A DNA stretch of 32,378 bases from an uncultured Clostridia bacterium. GTDB lineage: Bacteria; Bacillota; Clostridia; Christensenellales; UBA1242. The stretch's first letter is position 1. Every line of letters starts with the position of its first letter. Positions 25,048 through 32,378 of this stretch are shown in pieces. A model generated the notes under the pieces. It searched no databases. It had not been told where the DNA came from and saw nothing but the letters and a program-made list of their open reading frames with translations. Location: positions 1 through 32,378 of the forward strand of contig CALWTP010000037.1 of NCBI GenBank assembly GCA_944384495.1, given 5' to 3'. The position numbers were made by a program, and so were the translations under genes.

Positions 25048-26241
25048 CTATTGCTGGGGATGCTCGCTTTTGTTTATAAAATCACTTTTACTGCTTGCAA
25101 GCTCTATTTTGCCATATTTTTGATTTATTAAAGCTGTTACTTCGCTGAAATCCCTTTCTTTATCAAACATTGACATTTGTTTGACGAATCTATCACTTAA
25201 GGCCGAACATCTAAGCCTTATAGCTCTGATAGGATAGTTATATTTCCATATCTTATCACAAAGCTCCATTCCATGTTGTCCGAGCTTTTTTATTGAGCCA
25301 GTTTTTGGTATTTTTTTTGAAATATGAAAGGTCTTAAGATCCTTGTTTTTTATGGTTATTGAAAGACATTCTGACATAAGAGAATGTTTCTTCAGACGCA
25401 GGGCAACTTTTTCTGCCAAAAAAAAGATCACCTTTTTGATTTCCTCTCGCGAGTGAATATCTCGAAGTAGAGTGGTTCCGTTGCCAATACTTTTAGGTGG
25501 CGGAAGGGAATAATAGTCAGCAACTGGCACATCACGTTTGGCAAGCAAATCGTTTTTTAAATTTATTCCATTGATTCCCATTAAATTTTCAAGATATCCA
25601 TCCTCAAGCCGAGTAAACTCGCCAATTGTTTTTACATCTATGGAAGAAAACTTTTTTTCAAGCCTATGTCCAATCCCAACAATGGAATTAAGCGGAAGAT
25701 CATATGTCAATGTTTTAAAATTATCACGCGAGATAACCGTTGTAAAGTCAGGCTTGCGTAGATCAGATGCCAGTTTTGCAAATATCTTAGAAAATGATAC
25801 TCCCACAGAAACAGTAAACTTGAATTGCGTTTTTACTCTTTGACGAATTTCGTCTGCAATCTCTTTTCCATCTTTTTTAAGATATTTAAGGCTGTCCGTC
25901 ACGTCCAGCCAACACTCATCAAGACCAAGTGGCTCAACAAAGTTGGTATACTCAAGGTAGATTTGATGAAGTTCACCGCTGATCTGCTCATATAGGTCAT
26001 AGTGCGGAGGGAGGCATACAAGACCGGGACAAAGTCCTTTTGCCTCCCCAATAACCTGGCCAGTTTTCACCCCATAACGCTTTGCCAGTTCATTTTTTGC
26101 AAGTATTATACCATTGCGCTTTTTAGGATTTCCCGTCACGGCGACAGGTTTATCCAAAAGCTCGGGTTTTGTAGAACATTCGACAGAAGCGAAGAAATTG
26201 TTTACATCTGAGTGCAGAATAACTCGCTCTTTTGTTTGCAT
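25048..26241 (-). CDS. dinB: DNA polymerase IV (Y-family)
   Basis: HSDVNNFFASVE, AKRYGVKTG, GLDECWLD, FAKLASDLRKPD, VGIG, KSIGNGTT; RBS GAGGG. Confidence 0.92.
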   Translation of the reverse strand: MQTKERVILHSDVNNFFASVECSTKPELLDKPVAVTGNPKKRNGIILAKNELAKRYGVKTGQVIGEAKGLCPGLVCLPPHYDLYEQISGELHQIYLEYTNFVEPLGLDECWLDVTDSLKYLKKDGKEIADEIRQRVKTQFKFTVSVGVSFSKIFAKLASDLRKPDFTTVISRDNFKTLTYDLPLNSIVGIGHRLEKKFSSIDVKTIGEFTRLEDGYLENLMGINGINLKNDLLAKRDVPVADYYSLPPPKSIGNGTTLLRDIHSREEIKKVIFFLAEKVALRLKKHSLMSECLSITIKNKDLKTFHISKKIPKTGSIKKLGQHGMELCDKIWKYNYPIRAIRLRCSALSDRFVKQMSMFDKERDFSEVTALINQKYGKIELASSKSDFINKSEHPQQ

Positions 26242-26285
26242 AATTCCCTCTTTATATTGTATAATTAGTCAAGTAAAAGGTTATT

Positions 26286-27257
26286 ATGCAAAGAGAAGAG
26301 GAAAAAGTTAAAATAAATCACTTGATAAACTATTATTGCAATGCTTTATGCTGTGTGGCAGGAGAGTTTGTTTTGTTAAACGAAGAAGAATTGTCTCGGT
26401 TTGAGAAAATGTTGACAAAGGATGAAGCGCTGTTATTGTACTGTTATGCCGTGGCAAAAAATAAAAGGGCGGGAGTCGGAGAGTTAAATTTAAAGGTGCA
26501 GGACTTTGAAATGGGCAGACAAGCACTAGAGCACTTTGGCTTAAAAGGCAAGATTATAATAAGTGCAAAGGATTATGCCAATCTATCCAGCCATGCTATT
26601 ATTAACAACGGTTTAATTCTTGAAATTGAGTCACTTCTTGACTATTCGCAGTCCTTGCTTTCTGAAATTGTCGATTTTTCAGCCAAATGTGAGGTGCCAG
26701 TCTTGGTCAATATTGGTCGTGACCTTGAAGAGGTTGGAAAAATTGTTAATCTATACCAAAAATCTCCAGTTGAGGTCTTAGAAGAATTTGGATTTTTGGA
26801 CCGTGAGTGTTATTTATACGGATTAAATTATATAGACAAAGACGACCAGAAATTGCTTAATCAGTATAAACCATTCCTAATACTTGCGCCTTCTTCCGAT
26901 GGTGAGGAAGGCATGGGTGAAATAAACCTATATAATTTTGTTTACAATGATTTAAAGTTTGGATTTTCAAGTGGAAACAGTTATAATATAGATATGCTTT
27001 TTGAGGGAAAGCTCGCCAAATACAACACAAACAATCTGATGAGACAAGCATCTATGGTGAGCGACGAGCTGTTAATAAAAAGCCTCACAACAGCCCATGA
27101 CAGTCAACCAATAGAGCTTCCGCTGGAAGAAAATTTGCCAGTTAAAAATATACTTGATCAGAAAATAGAGATCTTTGATGATGAGTTTATAGATTTAAGG
27201 CAAAAAGTGAAAGAAGTAATAGAAAAATATAAGGAGAAAATTTATGGAAATAGTTGA
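26286..27257 (+). CDS. Amidohydrolase (MtaD/Atz-like) fold protein lacking metal ligands
   Basis: Residual pattern EV.....Y.KSPVEVLEEFGFL, D.DD..LL, P.S, N.DM..E; no HxH, His or Asp ligands; overlaps the tex start. Confidence 0.65.
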   Translation: MQREEEKVKINHLINYYCNALCCVAGEFVLLNEEELSRFEKMLTKDEALLLYCYAVAKNKRAGVGELNLKVQDFEMGRQALEHFGLKGKIIISAKDYANLSSHAIINNGLILEIESLLDYSQSLLSEIVDFSAKCEVPVLVNIGRDLEEVGKIVNLYQKSPVEVLEEFGFLDRECYLYGLNYIDKDDQKLLNQYKPFLILAPSSDGEEGMGEINLYNFVYNDLKFGFSSGNSYNIDMLFEGKLAKYNTNNLMRQASMVSDELLIKSLTTAHDSQPIELPLEENLPVKNILDQKIEIFDDEFIDLRQKVKEVIEKYKEKIYGNS

Positions 27258-29394
27258 TAAACTTGCACAAGAGTTTGGATTAAAAAAAGAATATTCACAA
27301 AACATTATCAATCTTTTAGATGAAGGTTGCACAATTCCTTTTATCGCCAGATACAGAAAAGAAATGCATGGCACGTGTGATGATCAAACACTGCGAGCTT
27401 TTGCCGATAGACTCAAATATCTTCGAAATTTGAACGATGAAAAAACCAAAGTTGAAAAGGCAATCACAGAGCAAGGCAAGTGGACTGAAGAGCTTAAATT
27501 GTTGCTTGAGCAAGCTCAAACCTTGACAGAGGTTGAAGATATTTATAGGCCATATAGACCAAAAAGAAAGACAAGAGCTTCCGTGGCTATTGCCAAAGGA
27601 CTTGAAGGGCTTGCTGATACCTTACAGATGCAGTCAAAGGCATATCAGATGAATGCTGAGGCGTTAAAATACCTTAATGATCAGGTTTCTGATATAGATG
27701 AGGCAATTGCTGGTGCCAAGGATATTGTGGCAGAGCGCATTTCTGATGATGCAGAGTTAAGAAAAGAGCTAAGAAAACTGCTTGAAGAGAAAGCCGTTAT
27801 AAAGTGCAACCTTATCGAAAATGAAAACAGTCCAACTTATGAGATGTATGCAGGCTTTAGTCAGGAGGTAAAAAATATTCCTTCGCATAGGATACTTGCA
27901 ATCAATCGAGGGGAAAAAGAGAAATGTCTTAAGGTTGATATCGAGATAAATCGTGAGAAGGTGATGGATATAATTAACAGTTTTTACAAAAAAGACAATC
28001 CTGATACCGATGCGCTTATGATCGATGTGATCAATGATAGCTTTGATAGACTATTATTCCCTTCGCTCGAAAGAGAGTGTCGCAGTACATTGACAGATCG
28101 GGCAAACGAGCAGGCTATAAAAATGTTCGAGGTCAACTTAAAACCACTTCTTATGGAAGCTCCGCTTAAAAATAATATTATTTTGGGACTTGATCCAGCA
28201 TATAGAACTGGTTGCAAAATAGCCGTCATTGATACAAACGGCAATGTGCTGGCAACAACGGTGATTTATCCGACTCCTCCACAATCAAAGACAGAGGAAT
28301 CAATAGAAAAGATCAAGGCGCTTATTGACAAATATAAAGTTGATGTGATTTCAATTGGAAATGGAACAGCATCAAAAGAGGCAGAAATCTTTGTGGCAGA
28401 GGCTATTAAGCATGTTTCTCGTCCGGTGAGCTATGCCGTGGTGAGCGAAGCGGGAGCATCTGTATACTCAGCCTCAAAACTTGGCGCAGAGGAGTTCCCT
28501 GACTATGATGTATCATTAAGAAGTGCGGTTTCGATTGCAAGAAGGCTTCAAGATCCACTCGCTGAGCTTATCAAAATCGACGTCAAATCAATTGGAGTTG
28601 GGCAGTATCAACATGATATGCCACAAAATCGCCTGACAGAAGTGCTGAGCGGGGTTGTTGAGGACTGTGTAAACAGTGTTGGAGTGGACATCAATACAGC
28701 AAGCCCGTCACTGCTTAGCTATGTTTCTGGACTTAATATGTCAATCGCGAAAAATATTGTTGCATACAGAGCTAAAGTAAAGGGAATAAAGAATAGACAG
28801 GAGCTTTTGTCAGTGCCAAAACTTGGCCCTAAAGCATATGAGCAGTGTGCAGGATTTTTAAGGGTGATTGGTGGCGATGAAATTCTTGACAATACCGCAG
28901 TGCATCCAGAAAGCTATGAGGCGACAAGAAAACTCTTAAAGATGTTTAACATGAGTGAAAATGACATAAAAGAAGGAAATGTTTCTCTCCTTCCACAGCT
29001 TATCAAGGCAAAAGGTGAAGATAAAGTTGCGCTAGAATGCGAGGTTGGTGTACCAACTCTTGAGGATATCACAAAAGAGCTTTTAAAACCGGGCAGGGAT
29101 ATTCGTGAAAGTATGCCAAAACCGGTACTTAGAAGCGATGTAATCACAATGGAAGACTTAAAGGAAGGCATGGTGCTAAGCGGAACGGTGAGAAATGTGA
29201 TCGACTTTGGAGCATTTGTTGATATTGGTGTGCATCAAGATGGACTTGTGCATATAAGCCAAATTTCCGATTCATATATAAAACACCCAAGCGAGGTTTT
29301 AAAAGTCGGCCAGCAAGTTGAAGTCAAGGTGCTTGGAGTAGACCTTACCAAAAAACGTATATCTTTGACAATGAAAGGGATTGATAAGGATTGA
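27244..29394 (+). CDS. tex: Tex-family S1-domain transcriptional accessory protein
   Basis: EGCTIPFIARYRKE, GLDPAYRTGCK, VSEAGASVYSAS, IGVGQYQHD, GAFVDIGVHQDGLVHIS. Confidence 0.96.
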   Translation: MEIVDKLAQEFGLKKEYSQNIINLLDEGCTIPFIARYRKEMHGTCDDQTLRAFADRLKYLRNLNDEKTKVEKAITEQGKWTEELKLLLEQAQTLTEVEDIYRPYRPKRKTRASVAIAKGLEGLADTLQMQSKAYQMNAEALKYLNDQVSDIDEAIAGAKDIVAERISDDAELRKELRKLLEEKAVIKCNLIENENSPTYEMYAGFSQEVKNIPSHRILAINRGEKEKCLKVDIEINREKVMDIINSFYKKDNPDTDALMIDVINDSFDRLLFPSLERECRSTLTDRANEQAIKMFEVNLKPLLMEAPLKNNIILGLDPAYRTGCKIAVIDTNGNVLATTVIYPTPPQSKTEESIEKIKALIDKYKVDVISIGNGTASKEAEIFVAEAIKHVSRPVSYAVVSEAGASVYSASKLGAEEFPDYDVSLRSAVSIARRLQDPLAELIKIDVKSIGVGQYQHDMPQNRLTEVLSGVVEDCVNSVGVDINTASPSLLSYVSGLNMSIAKNIVAYRAKVKGIKNRQELLSVPKLGPKAYEQCAGFLRVIGGDEILDNTAVHPESYEATRKLLKMFNMSENDIKEGNVSLLPQLIKAKGEDKVALECEVGVPTLEDITKELLKPGRDIRESMPKPVLRSDVITMEDLKEGMVLSGTVRNVIDFGAFVDIGVHQDGLVHISQISDSYIKHPSEVLKVGQQVEVKVLGVDLTKKRISLTMKGIDKD

Positions 29395-29395
29395 T

Positions 29396-29566
29396 ATGAA
29401 TAGATGTCCATATTGTCAAACTTCTTACAATGAAATTCTGCAGACTGGATTTGTTGGATGCCAGCACTGTTATTTTTGCATCGATGAGCTTGAAAATGCC
29501 ATCAAAGAGCTTTATAAAGACAAAACTCATAAGGGAAAAGTAGTGAAAACCAATGGAGATATTTGA
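29396..29566 (+). CDS. mcsA: Minimal McsA-like protein, 56 aa (ATG 29396 preferred)
   Basis: CPYC..GFVGCQHCY..HKGK equals the second Cys cluster of McsA; directly upstream of mcsB; RBS AAGGA. Confidence 0.75.
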   Translation: MNRCPYCQTSYNEILQTGFVGCQHCYFCIDELENAIKELYKDKTHKGKVVKTNGDI

Positions 29567-30560
29567 TAACATTGCGATTTCTTCAAGGATACGCCTTGCA
29601 AGAAATGTGGACGGCTTAAAATTTTTCTTAAAATTACAGAGTGATATTGAAGCAAGCTATATCACAAATTCTGTCATAAAAATTCTTGAAAAATTTGATG
29701 TGTTTAATTTTTTTAGGCTGAAAGACTTGCCATTAAACGAATGTAATGCACTGTTTGAAAAACATCTGATAAGCAAGGAGCTGATTGAAAATAAGGACAT
29801 CTCCTCCGTTGCCATAAGCGAGGATGAAAAAATTATTGTGATGATCAATGAAGAGGATCATCTTCGTGAGCAATGCCTTGAGGATGGCTTTAATTTATAC
29901 AAACCATACAGAAGACTGAGCAAAATTGATGACGAAATAACAAGAAGCCTTCCAATAGCTTTTGATAAAAAATTAGGATTTATCACTGCCAGTCCTTCAA
30001 ATTTGGGCACTGGAATGAGAGCATCGGTCATGCTTTTTTTGCCAGCTATGACAATAAGCGGGGAGATTGATTACGTCTTTACAGAGTGTGCCACAAACGG
30101 ACTTACTGTTCGAGGAATATATGGCGAAGGCTCAAGAGCGCAGGGGTATTTTTATCAGATATCCAACCAATCATCATTAGGACTTGATGAGGATGAGATA
30201 ATTGACATTGTCAGCGATTATATATATAAGATATGCGAACAGGAAAAGGCGCTACGAGATCGACTAATCAAAAATGAACACGACAAATACAAGGATTTAG
30301 TCCTGCGTGCATATGGGATTTTGACCAATTGTTTTTCACTTGAAGAAGATGAGATGATTGAGCTTTTGAGCAAGATTAAGCTGGGACAAGCTTTAGGATT
30401 TTTGACAATCTCATCAAATTCAAGATTTCAGAAACTCTTTTATGAGGGAGCGAGTGCAAACCTTAAAGAAATTTTCAATTTTTCAGATGAAAAAGAGGAA
30501 AAACTCGTTAGAGCGGAGTATATATCTAACGAAGTGAGAGGACTTGTTAAAAGGAGGTAA
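29553..30560 (+). CDS. mcsB: Protein arginine kinase McsB (Cys->Ser variant)
   Basis: SSRIRLARN, FEKHLIS, MINEEDHLR, SPSNLGTGMRAS, VRGIYGEGS, YQISNQ. Confidence 0.92.
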   Translation: MEIFDNIAISSRIRLARNVDGLKFFLKLQSDIEASYITNSVIKILEKFDVFNFFRLKDLPLNECNALFEKHLISKELIENKDISSVAISEDEKIIVMINEEDHLREQCLEDGFNLYKPYRRLSKIDDEITRSLPIAFDKKLGFITASPSNLGTGMRASVMLFLPAMTISGEIDYVFTECATNGLTVRGIYGEGSRAQGYFYQISNQSSLGLDEDEIIDIVSDYIYKICEQEKALRDRLIKNEHDKYKDLVLRAYGILTNCFSLEEDEMIELLSKIKLGQALGFLTISSNSRFQKLFYEGASANLKEIFNFSDEKEEKLVRAEYISNEVRGLVKRR

Positions 30561-30563
30561 ATT

Positions 30564-32378
30564 ATGAATTATCAATCATCATCATATTCTGATAATATTC
30601 AGAAAGTTATAAAGAATGCCAGTAAATTTGCTTTGCGTTTTGGCTCAAATCTGATTGGCAGTGAACATATTCTATATGGCCTGACAAGTGTGAAGGACTG
30701 CCTTGCCTCCCAGTTTTTGGCAGAGGAGGGAGTGACAGAGCCCAAGCTCTTTGCTTTTTTCGAGGAGAATATTGACGAGGAAAACATTCTTTTTTCAAAT
30801 GAGGTTGACCTTACACCGAGGACAAAGGATTTATTTCGAGTTGCCCAGCAAATTGCTTTGCAGATGAATCATTCATTTATCGGTACAGAACACTTACTGC
30901 TTGCTCTGCTTTCAAGCACGGGGAGTGTTGCCTATAGGATTTTGGTGGGACAATATGGAGTTGATATTGAAGCGCTAAAAAATAAAGTGACAAAAGCACT
31001 TATGGCGGGCAATACAAATTCTTACAGTGAAGAGAAAGAGCGAGAAAACAAGCAAAGCGGGAGCACCCTTCCAGAAAAACTGCTTGATATGGGAACAGAC
31101 ATAACTTTAAAAGCCAAAGAGCATAAGCTGGATCCTGTCATTGGCAGAGAAGACGAGATTCAAAGGGTGGTTGAGATACTTTGTCGAAAGACAAAAAACA
31201 ACCCTGTTTTAATAGGCGAGGCAGGTGTTGGTAAAACTGCAGTTGTGGAGGGTCTTGCACAGGCCATCGTGGCTGGAGATGTGCCACAGCTTTTGAAAGA
31301 CAAGGTGATATATTCGCTTGAAATCGGTGGACTTATGGCGGGAACAAAATATCGAGGCTCAATGGAAGAAAAGCTTAAAGATGCCATTGAAACGATTATC
31401 GAGAGCAAAAATATTATTGTTTTTATTGATGAAATTCACACTCTTGCACAGGCGGGATCAGAAAAGGGAGAAACTTCGCCGGCTGACATGCTTAAACCAT
31501 ATCTTGCAAGAGGGGAATTGCAAACGATAGGCGCGACAACAACTGACGAATATAGAAAATTTATAGAAAAAGACAAAGCTCTTGAGCGAAGGTTCCAGCC
31601 AATTATGGTCAATCCGCCAACTGTAGAGCAGACAATACAGATACTCAAAGGTTTGAAAGATAACTATGAGGCATTTCATAAGATAACCATCACCGATGAG
31701 GCGATCGAGGCCGCTGCAGTGCTTTCGGACAGGTATATTTCAGACAGGAGTTTGCCAGATAAAGCGATCGACCTGATCGATGAGGCAAGCAGTAAAGCCA
31801 AGGTGAACTTTACTCTTAAACCGCAAGAGATAAGAGCCATTGAGGAAAAGATAAAATCATTGTCAGCATCGAGAGATGAGGCATCTTTGCAACGAAATTA
31901 TGAAAAAGCTGCCAAATTACAGTCGGAGATTATCAATCTTGAAAATGAGCTAAAGAAAAAAGAGGAAAAGATTGACAAGAAGATTGAAAAAAATAAAACA
32001 AATTCCATTGGAGCAAACGAAATAGCGGCGGTTGTTTCCAAATGGACAGGAATACCAGTCACCAAGATTACAGAGAGCGAAAAGGATCGACTGATTCATC
32101 TTGAGGATATTCTGCATAAGCGGGTAGTCGGTCAAAACGAGGCTGTTATGGCGGTAAGCAAGGCCATTCGAAGATCAAGAGTCGGGCTTCAAGATGGCAA
32201 ACGTCCAATTGGCTCCTTCCTATTTATGGGGCAGACAGGTGTCGGAAAAACTGAGCTGTCAAAAGCGATTGCCGAGGCTATGTTTGACGATGAAAACAAT
32301 ATAATTAGGATTTTTATGAGTGAGTATATGGAATCTCACAGTCTATCTAAACTCATTGGTTCTCCTCCAGGATATGTT
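30564..32378 (+). CDS. clpC: ATP-dependent Clp protease ATPase ClpC (3' truncated; not in ORF track)
   Basis: RBS AGGAGG; two Clp-N repeats (GSEH, LTPR..GTEH), [24 protein letters not shown]-like NYEKAAKL, second Walker [18 protein letters not shown]. Confidence 0.95.
   Translation, partial: MNYQSSSYSDNIQKVIKNASKFALRFGSNLIGSEHILYGLTSVKDCLASQFLAEEGVTEPKLFAFFEENIDEENILFSNEVDLTPRTKDLFRVAQQIALQMNHSFIGTEHLLLALLSSTGSVAYRILVGQYGVDIEALKNKVTKALMAGNTNSYSEEKERENKQSGSTLPEKLLDMGTDITLKAKEHKLDPVIGREDEIQRVVEILCRKTKNNPVLIGEAGVGKTAVVEGLAQAIVAGDVPQLLKDKVIYSLEIGGLMAGTKYRGSMEEKLKDAIETIIESKNIIVFIDEIHTLAQAGSEKGETSPADMLKPYLARGELQTIGATTTDEYRKFIEKDKALERRFQPIMVNPPTVEQTIQILKGLKDNYEAFHKITITDEAIEAAAVLSDRYISDRSLPDKAIDLIDEASSKAKVNFTLKPQEIRAIEEKIKSLSASRDEASLQRNYEKAAKLQSEIINLENELKKKEEKIDKKIEKNKTNSIGANEIAAVVSKWTGIPVTKITESEKDRLIHLEDILHKRVVGQNEAVMAVSKAIRRSRVGLQDGKRPIGSFLFMGQTGVGKTELSKAIAEAMFDDENNIIRIFMSEYMESHSLSKLIGSPPGYV

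Noticed and set aside
26267-26283. AGTCAAG as a CtsR operator upstream of the clpC unit
   Set aside because: Single half-site; no second heptad at the 3-bp spacing
30599-32135. Short ORFs listed in the last 1.8 kb
   Set aside because: All overlap clpC, which the track missed because its stop lies beyond the window

Overview
AT-rich chromosomal segment from a low-GC Bacillota/Clostridia-type bacterium, probably an uncultured, genome-reduced lineage (inferred from sigmaA promoters, GGAGG RBSs, rnj, degV, mcsA-mcsB-clpC and minDE). Housekeeping genes: rnj (3' part), TrmR-like O-methyltransferase, PAP2, tsaE-tsaB, split TauE pair, a 2[4Fe-4S] ferredoxin absent from the ORF track, an HtrA-like protease, minD-minE, rplM-rpsI, trxB, degV, dinB, tex, mini-mcsA, mcsB and clpC (5' part, also absent from the track). 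No mobile element, CRISPR array, tRNA or rRNA was recognised. The best candidate for an undescribed system is a minus-strand two-gene operon (21383-14760). It encodes a membrane-anchored protein with a LolA/LppX-like beta-rich ectodomain and an exported 1829-aa protein of about nine tandem beta-rich domains. It sits behind a near-consensus promoter, a palindromic operator and a ~210-nt structured leader (four-way junction plus a hairpin hiding the SD and AUG). Several intact ORFs have lost their family's catalytic residues (Ppx/GppA-like, MreB-like, amidohydrolase-like, McsB Cys->Ser), and TrxB lacks the NADPH-binding HRR motif. Also present are an orphan double zinc-ribbon protein with a poly-Asp tail and a receptor-like protein with four CBM-like domains. 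All family and fold calls come from motif recognition by eye; no searches were run.
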